Part shown: positions 26,460 to 39,000 of the stretch, in pieces
Position numbering within the stretch: the stretch's first letter is position 1
How the letters are laid out: each line of letters opens with the position of its first letter
NCBI GenBank assembly: GCA_026025075.1
Contig: JAPEUI010000087.1
Span: 1 to 64,000, forward strand
Length of the DNA: 64,000 bases
Direction of reading: 5' to 3'
From: Vezdaea acicularis
Lineage: Eukaryota
Translations under genes and position numbers: made by a program
Notes under the pieces: model-generated
What the model saw: the letters and a program-made list of their open reading frames with translations, nothing else
Told to the model about the DNA's origin: nothing
Databases searched by the model: none

Positions 26460-27300
26460 CTCCGGTCTCTTCTCTTTTTCTTTTTTGGAAGTTTTTTGTA
26501 TATACCACACCATCCTCGCGGAGCTGCTAGGCTTGGTTTTATTCTCGCCGCTGAAGGTTCGGCTCGGCGTGCTGGTTCCCGCCTTGAGCGCTGGTCAGCG
26601 GACTGCGGGGTTTGGGGTTTCTGTCTGGACCACCCCTGGGGTGAAGGGGTGGGGGCGTGCTTTTAGCTTGAGAGTATATATCTATAGTAAATGACCATGC
26701 ATTCTTCGCTTCATAATGGGAATACGCCTCTGGCTTGGCTGCGCGTTTTGTTTTCTACTCCCTCCCCTTCTTCTAGTGATCTTGGATGAGGGCAGGTTGG
26801 GGTTGGGAAGGCTTCGGAGGTTCAAACCATACGTACTCATTCTAGTAATAACGGCACTGTTGTTCACGGGGGAGTAAATCCGTACGTGGGATACCCAACT
26901 TTCCCGCCCGCAATAGCTGGTAGAATACTTCTCACAACGCCCCTTATCGAGGGGCAGGTAGTTATGCGTGGCTTGAATGGATTGGAGTGGTATGGTATGG
27001 TTTTGTCGTGGATCCACTGCTACGTCCATGTATACACCAAGTGACAGGAGGGAAGTTCCGTAGAGCATGGGTAGACATCCAAATAAACATCATGAGGCCG
27101 ACTAGATTGCATTCACAGCTCCTCAGCAAAAAAGCTCTACGCTGCGAAAGGTCCCACGACGCTTATGCATATGCTATATGCTATTGAGCTACCCTATCAA
27201 CCCAGAGAAAGAGAGAGAGAAAATTGCTGCTCAGCCCATCCATACCAACCATCAATTCGCTGCAAGCACGGGTATCAAAGCCAAGCCCATTTACCCCTTC

Positions 27301-30300
27301 CTACAAACCCTTGTCCTGCTCCGCCAACTCGTCATGCTTCGCTTCGTGTGCCGGCTGCTCGTCTTCCTCTTCGTCGCTTCCTTCTAACGTCGTCCGCACC
27401 CTTGCTTCAGTCGTTCCACTTAGCCTCCGCCGAGCCCGGGCTCCGTCTTCATCTTCAGGACTGTTGGAATCGCCGGTGGCGTCCTCGGGGTCGTCATCTA
27501 GGTCTCCGGAGAAGCTGTGACGTCCGCGTCGGGGGCCTCGGCTCATAAAGAGATCTTCATTATCGGAGAGGTCTTCATCTTCCCAATCATCTTCCTCCTC
27601 GTGATCTTGTCCGGGGACCGTTGCTGCACCCGTAATCGCATGTCCACTTCGCGATTCAGCGTTGATCGCCAAACCGTCCGTCTCAAGAGACGAGGCTTCG
27701 GGAGGGGACGAGGAGATGACATTTCCTTCGGCCTCTTGGGCTGCAGCGTCAGCAGCTTGGCGTTGGTGAAGAGCCAGGCGGGCGGCAAGTTGGCGGCGGG
27801 CGCGAGATGGGGGGATATTGAGTGGCGGAGGTGGAGGAGGGGCTGAGGGAGGTGATAATGATGGTTGTTGGGATTGGGAGTCGGCGGGGAACTATGCGAG
27901 ATGGCCGTCAGCATGGGGTTTAGTCTCAGGCAAAAAGTACAAAGCCTAGTAGAGAGAGAGAGCGAGTGTAAGAGAAAGAATCGGGCAAAGCAAGTGGAAC
28001 TAACAAGGAGAGTCCGGTGACGGAAGATAGGAGACGTGCATTAAGCGAAAATGAGGACTGAATATCTGACGATATTCAACTAGGACGCCTAAAGTAGAAG
28101 CAGAAAGGCAAGTAAACTGTGCATGTATCTGCGTACAGCGAGCGCATCTGCACCCATACAGATAGATGTTTGATGTTCGAACTGCGTCCGCACCTGTGCC
28201 GACCTATTTCTCCTACTCTTTCGGGGGTTTCAATATATACTTGCATCTTGTGGCGTCGGCATCTAGGACATCATCACGACGTCCTCGTCTTCAAAGAAAT
28301 GACTACCTACATTGTCTTGGCTAATGCCGGCTGATCGTTCCTCTTCGTCAGCTTCTTCCATCTCTTCATCATCCTCGTCGCTCGAGCTACCAAAGCCACT
28401 CAACAAAGAGCCGCCGCTGAGGCTGAATGTGCCGCCAGATGTTGCACTACCGTTTGCGAGATCGATGCTGTCCAGCGAGCCGACCGTGCCGCCTGTCAAT
28501 CCAGCGTTCACTAGAGCTTGAGACTGTCCACCAAAGCCTTGCGCGGCGTTGACAGCATTGATCACAGCCTGGCGGTTACCCACAGACAAGTCTGGTCGCA
28601 CGCCTCCAAGAATGGCGTTGTCTCGTTCCCGGGTTTCTGCCAAAGTATGCTCGACATAATCGACCCAGTCTGATTCCATCACTCTACCCAACACAGAACG
28701 TGAGAGGAGCTCAGGCGGATGGCGTTCCGTAAACTTCACCACCTCCTCGGCAATGAGCGTCAGGTGCCCCATATAGCCCAGCCGCATGTTGTTCTCCTCC
28801 TGCGCCTTGTCACTTCGTCGCTGCCCCTCTACGATACGCTCCGTGATATGGCCCGTCTCGAACAGATCAACGGCAAGGGTTCTGTTGTAGCCACGTTCCA
28901 TAGGCCCATTGAATACTTGCTGTACGACATCGTAAACCACATTATGCAGAAAATTGTTCCAGGGAAACCGAAAGAAAAAATCCTACAAGTACCATAGAGT
29001 TAGGATAGTAACGCTGCATGTCTCAATCAGTACTCACCAGAATGGTTGGCACTACCCTATGCTCCACGAACATCATCTTCAAGTAATCTCCCACGACCGG
29101 AGATCCGTCCACGTCAGTCTCGAAGTGGGGTTCGAAATTATTGTCATTACCGCTCGATATGACTGATCGAATGCTATCACCCTCCTCGCCTTGTGTGGTA
29201 TCAATCGTGTCCTGGCTGTCGCCCCCTGTAGGATTCTCACCCTCTTGTGTACTGGTAGGCTGTTCTGCTGACGAGCGTTTGGAAAAAAGTGGGGCAGGTC
29301 GGTCCTCATCGTGAGGTGATAAGATAGCTGGATTAGGAGGCTCCGTAGCGTCCAGAACGGACTGGCCTTCTTGCTCGCTGGCCAGGGTCTGAGCGGCATT
29401 GCTTGTGGTTTCCCCTTCAAGTTCCAGTTGAAGTTTGCTACCTTTTGCTGTCGCTCCAGGAGTTAGGGATAATGGCTGGGGGTCTGAAATCCTTTTCGTC
29501 GACTTGTCGGATGCTCGTGCATCAACTAGTGGTGATGATAGCGGCTCATCAACAAGGTCGTCTTCGTCATGGAGGGTGGAATGGGGTTCTGCCTCCTTCA
29601 TGTCAATTTCTGTATCTAGTTTCTCATCAAAGTCGTCTTTCACGTCGTCGTTCAAAACCCCAGAAGCAGCAACGTCCTCAAAACCATCCTCCTCTCCACC
29701 ATTCTGAACTTCAAGCTTTCGAATCTCATCCGGTGAAGAACCCAAAAGAGATGGTGCTTCGCCATTCTGATAGCTCGAACTGTCCTCTGTGTTGTCGGTA
29801 TTCGACCGTTCCCTCGTGGCTGGAAGGTTTCCTTCTGCTTTCAAGCGCTCCCGTATTGCGTCACGCTCTTTGACGTATCTGGCACTGCCTCGCTCGTTGA
29901 GAAGACCCATATTGCTGCAGTGAAGTAACTCAGCCATCAGTTCGCAGGTCTTGAAACGGTCAAAACCAAGCGGCTCGATATTTTCACCGAATGCTGCCTT
30001 CAATTCTCTCCTTTTTACGACCTTTGTTCCGTCACCATTAACGACTGTATAATTCGGGCTTAAAATGAGTTCCATAAAGTCCGGGACATGCTGTGCAAAA
30101 ATTCGAAGAAGAGTTCCTAGATAGATAGGGTCCCGACTTGAAGGAGGTTCGTTTGCGCCCGCTCCAACCTCAGGATCATAATCAGAGTTGTTCTTGCGAA
30201 TGACCTCAATGATGATACCGACACCCACGGTCAGAGGGTTACCGCCCCGAAGCATATCTGTGATTAGATCCGTAATGCATTTCTCCGAAACTAGCTGTCG

Positions 30301-31201
30301 CGTGAGGTCGTTCGGACCGATACATGACTGCTCATTCTGCGAGGCATTCGCTGAAATTGTGATGATCGCCTTCAGAAAATCTCCAGCAGAAGTCTGCGTG
30401 GGCGCTTGACGTTCTGGCGAGAGATATGATAACAAGATCGGTATCAAATTTTGTGAGTGTAACCACTGGAGCGTTAGAATTATTAGTGCCTCGTTCTGTA
30501 AGCGGCAAATAGCTCTACTAATACAATGAACCTACATCAACGATACCTTGACCACCTTCAGCCTTTTCCAGACTTATTATCTTCAAGAGCAGATCCATGA
30601 CCATGGGACAATCTACATGCTTCAACATCACCGGAATGACCCAATCAAGCGTTTTGAAGAAGTCGAGCATCTCTTCCGTCTTTTTGTCTAGGAGCATTTC
30701 GTTTACTTTAGTGAAATACCCAGCTTGCAAGGGATCGAGAGAAGGCTCCTGTCGTAGATACTCCCAGAATTGGCGTAGATGCTGACGATTTTCGAGAAGA
30801 GCCTCCAGAATCGACCAAACGTCGGACGAGAGGATCTCGCACGCGACGTATGCATATTTCAACCTTGCCTTGTCTTCCTTCTCAATCTCTTCTTCACTGA
30901 GCTGGCTGGTCCTTCCTTTCCCTTTGCTTCCACCTGACTCGCCGGGCTGGGTAGGTAGATCATCGTCATATATGCCGCCGCCTTCATCATCAGCTTTATG
31001 TGGATTAGGAGCAATGACATATTCCAAGAGCCGTTTCAGCACATTCTCGTCTCTTAGGTACTCAATGAGCTTTGAATTGTGTTGTTTGAGCTCCTGGATG
31101 AGGTCTGCCTCGTCTAGTAGTTCCTCGAGAGTGACGTCTGGCTTGTCTAGGATTGTATCGAGCGTGGATATGCTTGCGTATCCGCCGAAGCGCCAGAACA
31201 T
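27301..31201 (-). CDS. SAP190: SIT4 phosphatase-associated protein (SAPS family)
   Basis: N-terminus MFWRFGGYASISTLDTILDK, plus LGFDRFKTCELMAELLHCSN and RLGYMGHLTLIAEEVVKF. Introns 30466-30535, 28983-29037 and 27892-28310; the last exon contains PPPLNIPPSRARRQLAARLA. Confidence 0.93.
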
Positions 31202-31510
31202 GATTGAAAATACAGGCGCAGACTATGACGCTGAGGTCAAGTCTGCGATGAGCTTCCAGTGAGAATGTCTAATGCGATCGGAAGCTGAAGTGAACATTGG
31301 TCATGCGAGTTGTGAGGTTGCTGAGCAGCGTGGAAGCTCGGATTACGCTAAACGAAAAAGAGGCTTAGGCCTAGCAGGCCACGCTACAGAAATGAGCCGG
31401 CGGGACGCACATGCTCTGACGTCCAGTCTCAGATAGTGATGCGGCTTGCCACACCCTTTTCACCTCTTTTATAAAGTAGATCAACCTGCCCATATAGCGA
31501 GTATTCGGCA

Positions 31511-32207
31511 ATGAACCGCCTATTCGGCGCCAAGAAGACGGGACCCAAGCCCACTTTAAGTGGTGCTATTCAAAATGTATTACACTATGCATATGTACTG
31601 TATATTGCAACGCTCCTACTCACAATGCTAGGTCGACACTCATATCGAGACCCTCGACGTCAAGCTTGCGAAGCTGAACGCTGAACTCTCCGCCTATCAA
31701 GCTAAGGTCAAGAACATGCGCGATGGTCCTGGCAAGAATGCTATAAAGCAAAAGGCCCTGAAAGTTCTCCAACAACGGAAAAAATATGAAGCGCAGCGCG
31801 ACCAGTACCAGCAACAGTCGTGGAACATGGAGCAGGCGGGTATGATGCAAGACAACTTGAAGAATGTCATGACAACGGTGGATGCGATGAAGACTACCAA
31901 CAAGGCTCTAAAGAAGCAATATGGTCAGGTCAACATTGATAAGATCGAGAAGCTGCAAGACGAGATGGCGGACCTAATGGACGTGGGCAATGATATACAG
32001 GAGAGCATTAGTCGAAGTTACGATGTGCCTGAGGATGTTGATGAAGCAGAGCTAGATGCGGAACTGGAGGCTCTGGGCGAGGAAGCGGAGTTTGAAAGTT
32101 TAGCAGAGACAGGAAACGCTGATTATCTCACTGACGATATTGCGGCACCGCCACAGTTTATAGACGAGCCACCAGAGGCTGGGAAGGTGAAGGAGGTAGC
32201 ACGGTAA
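31511..32207 (+). CDS. VPS60: ESCRT-III Snf7-family protein Vps60/CHMP5
   Basis: MNRLFGAKK..., KQKALKVLQQRKKYE and SRSYDVPEDVDEAELDAELEAL; intron 31577-31631. Confidence 0.95.
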
Positions 32208-32512
32208 CATGGGTGCCACGGATTGGCCAAGGGTATCGCATCCGCGTCTTTCTTGTCTCGACTCTCTAGTGTAATACGAAAGCTACCTGTGATGTCTGGA
32301 GTTTGGGTAGGCTGTGCTCCTTGCATGGATCTCGTGGTACGGCACTCATACTTCATTTTTGTAGAAATCTAAAGGAATTCTAGCTGATTTCAATATCACC
32401 CGTTTTGCATGAGGCTTCAGATGGAGGTACCACGGGTGGGAGGCGGGAACGACTTTGGACTTTGCTACTGATCATGCCAAAGGTACTGGGTCTAATTTGA
32501 TCTCAGATATCC

Positions 32513-33626
32513 CTAGATCTTTATCGCACTCTCCAACGCCTTCCGCTTCTTCTCTTGCCTCGCATTTGCCTTTGCCCCCATGATACCACCACCCCAGTGA
32601 CGTTTGCTCTCCTCGTACTTTTCAGCGTAGCCTTCTTTGATTGCGGATATGAGCTTCGAAAGTTCCGATTTATCTTCAGAACGCACCTCGGCGAAAGCCA
32701 GAACCGCGGCGGTCTGTAAAAATAAAAGTTAGTGATTTGACTTATAAGATTATTAGGCAACGAGAGCAGATGAGATTACACACCTTTTTGTGGACAACTG
32801 TACCAAGTCTGGCCTTGCCTTTGATGATAGCGTAGGGAACACCCATCTTTCGGCAAAGAGCTGGGATGAAGATGACAAGCTCAATGGGATCAACATCATT
32901 GGGGATGAGGACCAGCTGTGCCTTCTTGTTTTCAATCATACCGACGACGTGGTTAAGGCCGTACTTCACGACGTAAGGCTTTTTGCTGACATCTTCCTTC
33001 TTCTTTCCCTCTGCAACAGCAGTTGCCTCCTTGTGTAGTCGCTCCTTCTTCTCAGTCTTTGTCTCTGGCCGATACTTGTTGAGAAGCTTGAAAGCTTGAG
33101 CGGCGGTGTTTCGGTCAAGGACGTTTTGGAACTGGGCGATTGCGGGTGGAACTTTGAGGCGGAGGTTGAGGATTTTCTTTTGTCGCTGAAGTCGAACATA
33201 CTCGGGCCATTTTACCATACGAGACAAATTCCGACGAGGTTGGATATCTTGGCCAATGCCAAAGTTTCGAGGTCGCTTCTCGATAAGAGGGTTCTACATA
33301 GCAGTGAACTTTCGTGAGCGAGCTCTATCGTCTCTGATGCCGAAATGGAATATTTATCTTACCTTTGCAGTCTTCTTGGAGGCACCAGCCTTCCCCGCAG
33401 GGAAAGGCGCTGGCGCAGTCTTCTTTCCCGACTTTGGAGGCTATCATTGAGAAAAGAAGAGATCATCAGCTAATGTACTCTTCTTTAAGCTCTAAAGGGC
33501 GACACCGCATGGATACTACATTTCTGCAGCACCGTGGGCGGTCCCAAGCCAAAATCATCGCCGACCTCTACAACATTCGGAAAATGTGTAGAGGAAGGCG
33601 GAAATCTGATAATAGTTGCTTACCAT
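32513..33626 (-). CDS. RPL8: 60S ribosomal protein eL8 (L8/L7a)
   Basis: [37 protein letters not shown] and HWGGGIMG. The first coding exon is ATG only; introns 33441-33623, 33294-33362 and 32714-32783. Confidence 0.97.
33559..33600 (-). other. Stem-loop within RPL8 intron 1
   Basis: Inverted repeats cctctaca(33565-72)/tgtagagg(33587-94), inner catt/aatg and outer cgcc/ggcg. Confidence 0.6.
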
Positions 33627-33928
33627 TGTCGTAACTCGAGATTATCAACGGTACTGGTTGGCGATTTTGGTGGTTGTCAATTCTCGAATATTGGTCGGCG
33701 AAACTTTCGGAGTTGACTTGTTAGCCGAAGATTTAGCGTCTGAGGTTTTAGGTCGGCAACCCTACCAGCCGCCAAAATCTAGGACTACATACAGCCTATG
33801 GGTGACATTGATATTACTGATACGTCTCTAGTATATAATCTCATATAACATCGTTAGTCATAGAGTGAGTTTCCAAGGTTGCACTGTAGCAGCAAACTAT
33901 GAGCATCAGAGCGGCCATCAGAGTTGAT

Positions 33929-35252
33929 TTAGCTGCCAGAAAGGACAGCACCCTCTAATTGTCTTCTTAGGGCGGAGCTGTCATCATCCCGAACAACCTC
34001 AATTCCCACCTTAGGCCTATTCCTGTTTAAGCCTTCTAGTAATGTACACGCTTTGCAAACCTCCTGCGAGGTCAAGTAGCCACACCTAACGCACTTGCCC
34101 ATCATTTGTGTCTCAGGCCTCTTCGGCCCAGCTGCCTGTTTCACTGAGCTCTTGTATGAGGCACCATGCCTGTTGTGCTGCCGGACCTTGATTTGCTTTA
34201 TCGTGACCTCAGTCTCCCTGCTCTCAGCCTTTTCATCCTTGCGTAAGTCCTGTTCCATCGCCGCCATTTCCCCTCCTCCTGATCTTCCGTTGGCACTACC
34301 ACATCCACCAATACTCTCTCTATCATCGTCAGCTCCAACGCAGCTGCTAGCAGTCTCATCTGATGGCGTCATCTTTGCCATATCCTCCCCGCTCCTTACA
34401 ATGTCTAGAATAGCACTCGGCCTGACTCTCTCTAAACTCTTGATCAAAGCCCTTGCGCTTCCTCGGAAAGCTTCTGGAGAATAGATACACTCCGTACTGA
34501 AGTAATCTAGCTTCTTGTGATGCGCATATAGTACGATCTCCTTCTCATATGCATACTTTAATGGCTTTGATCTCTTAATCGGAGACGCCGCCGACTCCGT
34601 CACAATGCTTGTTGCCCTCCCCAGTCTTGGCAGGTCGCCTCGCAGTACTGTTCCCGAAGAGAGTCAGCAACGATGTTGAGAACCCGGAAGAAGACATTTT
34701 GAAAGACTTACAGTTCATCAACACCGTCTCAGCCACATCATCTGCATTATGTCCAGTAACCACGTGCTTAACTCTTAGTATTCCAGCGCCCCTATCTAGC
34801 GCTTGCCTCCTCCAAACTCCACAATAAGTACAATTCCCCTTCTTACCGACCTGAGCCACTACCTGATCCATAGTCCAGCCATAAAGTGTTTCGTAACCCA
34901 GGACCTTCCACTCTAGCTCTAGGCCCCTTCCAAGCGCCTCCACTGCTCTAAGGCTATCATCTCTGTAGCCCTTGATACCCTCATCGATACTGAGCAGTAC
35001 AAGCTCAAGGCCGTAGTCGTAGCGTTTGTTGAGGGTGTGCAACACACTTGCAAGGACGGTGGAGTCTTTCCCGCCTGAGGCGCCGATAGCTACGCGTTCC
35101 CCGCGTTGGAAGATGGAGTGGGCTATGATTGTCTCGTGAATTTCAGTCTCGAAGGCGAGCTGGAAGCAGGGGCTACAAAGTCGAGCGCGGGTTTTAGGAC
35201 GGAGGACGAGCGCACGGGTGGTTTTGCAGTGTGAGCAGAGAACTGCAGGCAT
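33929..35252 (-). CDS. NCS6: Cytoplasmic tRNA 2-thiolation protein 1
   Basis: PP-loop [37 protein letters not shown] and C-terminal [16 protein letters not shown]; intron 34648-34711. Confidence 0.96.
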
Positions 35253-36066
35253 TTTGCGTGGGGTTGGACGGGATGAGGGATTGTCCTCGATGACTCGGCG
35301 GTTCGCATACAGTCCCACATTTTTCTGCCGCCTTACGTTCCGTCACCGCCTTTGTTGAAAATCCCGGTCGCAGTTGCCATCGCCAGAAGTCACGAACAAT
35401 GTATAATTAATGCCTTTGACAACTGTGAGGCTTTGGTGTACATCACTGAACAGTTACGGACGGCATAGCATGCACTGCTACAGCAAATCATCGCACTTAG
35501 ACAAATGCAGGCCCATGGCTGTTTGGTATTTTCGTGGGTTCATATATTCATGCATGAGCTTCTAAGTACTCTCTTCATATAGCTGAAGCAAGTCCGCAAA
35601 GAGATGTCCTAGACACCTGGTACTCTTTCCGCAAGATGCTGCATACGCTGAGTGTTAACCAACATAGATCTGATCCACGATAGGGTACAGAATCCTGAAC
35701 ACCCAGTTCTTCAAATTACCAGAGAGCCGATACCCATTCCTACAAGGGGAACACCAAAAAACATCTAATTTCAGCTATTTCTCCGTCGTAACGCCATCAT
35801 GCTGCTCCTGAAGAAAGCAGGCCTTCAATGCTCGTGAACCGCAAAACTTATTTAAGAAAAGGGAGTCGCATTCCGAGCAAGACATGGAAGAGGCGCCCTT
35901 GAGAAAATTCGGGGGATGCTCGGGTTGGGCATTAATAGAGGGCGGGTCTTTATGCCCACAGAGAGAGAATACTGATGAGAGAGATCGGCGATGGCAAATT
36001 GAATTGAATAACGTAAGGGGCTCGCAATCCGTGTTGAGCGCCGATGATGGATGCTGTCCTCCAGTC

Positions 36067-39000
36067 CTAGGTCTCGCTGGGTTGACATCCATGACAGTAA
36101 AGCTGGATCTCGCCTAATTGTCCATGCTGAATATGATGTCGCTGCTGCACTTGCCAGTCACTGAACGCAATATGGATATCCTCATCTGAATGTATTGCCA
36201 CATAGTCACCATCTTCGTCGCGATAGCGAAGCTTTATCGTTCCACGTCCAATAGATAAGTTCGTGAACCGAGATAATTTTGCGTCGATGCGGTCCACTAG
36301 GCTTTGATAGCCAATACTCAAAGGAGCTACGAGAGTGACATAGTTGTTGTCAAAGGACACTTTGACCTTCAACGAATGTATAATAGGCGAATCATGTATC
36401 GCCGGAATGGAGGTAGCAGCGACCGGAGGAGAGATTGTCCGAGATTCTTGAGTTGTAATAGAGGAAGGAGTGGTTGTCTGCGACCTTTGCAGCATATTCT
36501 GATAGTCTTGTTGCTGATTCAGTCGCTCACGCTGAATACTGGGAGATTGAGTGGCGGAGCGCATCGGTAACTGCGAGTGATTAATGGGAGAGTTATTCTG
36601 GCTCCTGTTTACGGGACCTCTCATGTGGGCCATATGTGCGGGGAATGGGGGTACTGGCACGTCGGGAACTGCAGGTTGGCCCATTTGACCGTTGGGCAGC
36701 GGTCGCCGTCCATTTGGATTATTATGTATGTCCGGACTACTAGCAGATCGCAAGCGATTTTGTGCCAGTGCAATTTGCTGCGAGTTTTGTTGGGCCATTG
36801 CAGGCAGGGAAGGGCGTTGGACCGAGCGGCCGCCGATAGCAAAGCCGTTCATGGGCGATTGCCCATCGCGAGAGGGAGTCCGACCTATTGCCGGAGCAGT
36901 GAAACGATTGTGATCTTCTGGCCACCCATTATTTGGTGTTGGCTGGCGGGGGAATGGATACATCCCTGATGAGTTGCTTGTTCGGGTTGATATGGGCGAA
37001 TCGGCTCCAGGTGAGAAATAAGAATTTCCGCCATTCTCGAGATTGGGTGAGGTAGTGCCAGGCGCTACCTGGGTGTGCACGCTCAGAGGAGGCTGTGTAA
37101 AACCCATCGGGTATCTCGGCGTCGTTGATCTTCCAAAACCCTGTGGCGGGCCACTCTCTCCAGTCGCAGATCTTGACCGTAAACTAGTGCTTGAAGCATT
37201 CCGGCTCATGGCAAATTCAGAGTTATTGGTTCCAATCAGAGTGCCAGTCTCTGTGTCATCATCATCATTGTCTTCCTTATACGGGTTGTGCATAGGTTGG
37301 CCGCCTTGATTTACCCATGCAAATTCCGTGTCAGAAGTCTTTCCAGGCTTGAAAGATCCGCCTGCTATCTTCCCATTACCGACATTGGCAAGTCGCTGGT
37401 GATCGACAAGCTTAAACCACTTTTTCATCACCTCTTCATTTTGAAACCTGATAACAAAGTTCTCCACTCCTGGATCCCCTTTCCAGAAGATTTGAATTGT
37501 GTATGAACCTGTGAGAGTCAGCTTGTTTGACATCGTTTCCTAAGAAATACATATCCGTACCAGGTTTTGCGAGTTGAACCGTGTCGGTAACATTCTGCAT
37601 GAATATTCTTCCCTTCAGTTGTAGCCTCGGCTTTCCCTTTTTATCGGCTGTGGGCTTGTTGTTGCCCATAAGCTTTTTAGGCTTATTTGGATTTATGTCC
37701 TTACAGCATAGGAGAATGCGTTCAAAGAGGTATATTTTATACTGGTAGCACCGTGGCGATTTGATCGCCATCTCGTCAGTATACTTTCTCTCAAACGCAG
37801 TCTTGCTTCTCAAAGATTTGCGGCCTTCTTTCCCTAGGAATGTTTCGTTCAGGTCCCTCGTATTGCGGTCTATTGCCTCCAGGAATGTTGTACCCGTGCT
37901 CAAGGGCCCATTCCAGCTCAAATGGAAGTCCAGTGGTGACTTTGTCAACTTATTTGAACGCCGTAACACCTGAAATGTGGCTCTAAACGATGAAAGAATG
38001 GTGCGAAATTGCACAGAACGGAATTTCAAGTCTAATCTGAAATTAAACATCTGGAGAAGCCCTTTACGTTTCTTCCTCTTAGCCAGAGGTGAGGAATTTG
38101 AAGGAGACGCAAACTCTTTTACGAGCTTGCCGCTGCGAGAAATAGAAGGAGAAGGAGAGTAAATGTTCTTCAAAGGGCTAGACTTTGAAGGTGTAGAGTT
38201 GGAGGAGCCGGAAAGTCCCAAACGGCGGATTAGACCTCCCCTAGGCCTGCCGTTAGAGGGTGGGCTGGCTAAATGCGTTGTCTTTCGGTTCAGTCCATTG
38301 TTGAAGAAATCGGTCGACCGGTTTTCGGTCGGAGACGGTTCCGACTCCTTTAAGAAGGATGCCATGGAGACTTTTGAATTTGAACGCTTGAGTTGGCCCG
38401 TGATTTCTGCGTATTTGTCCTCTACGCAGTCCTGGTCCAAAGGGTCCGGCAACGGTCGACGTTTCATCAAGGAGATGGCACGAATCCTATCCCTTGGACC
38501 AAGATCAGAGAGAATGATACTAACCTCTCTCTCGACGTCATTTTTCCCATCACTTTTTACGACAGTGAATGTGCCGAAGAGGAGCAATTCTCCAAAATGA
38601 TCGACATTATGGCCCTTCCAATCGTCGACTTGACTCCGCAGCTCTTCGACCGCATTCATGCGGAGGACCTTGTCGATGGTCTCGTTTGTCCGGTCTAAGA
38701 CGGAGGTTGCAACATGCCATCCGGCGTTTAGCTCCTCTTTCTCCAGCTCGCTTGCGTCTGATTTGTCACGCAAGTCCTTCATCAAATGTTAGCTAGGCTC
38801 TATCAAGGTCATTGGGTAGAAGTTATAAGAATACCTTGAGAAGCATGGGATACTTTGTCAGTCGCACGAAAGGCTTCATGAGAAACGTCTGCAACGTTGC
38901 CCGGTCCTGCGTCACATTTGAGCCTAGCGTGCTCAATTTATCGAACTCTCTCTGTGCTGTATCATTACACTTCGTTTGGTTGGCGACATATGGTTGATAT

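Noticed and set aside
25252..26513. Long overlapping ORFs in other frames and on the other strand
   Set aside because: They are by-products of GC-rich repeats in the real 561-aa gene.
28270..28285. GTGATGA C-box-like motif in the SAP190 intron (snoRNA?)
   Set aside because: No D box or terminal stem lies at a suitable distance.
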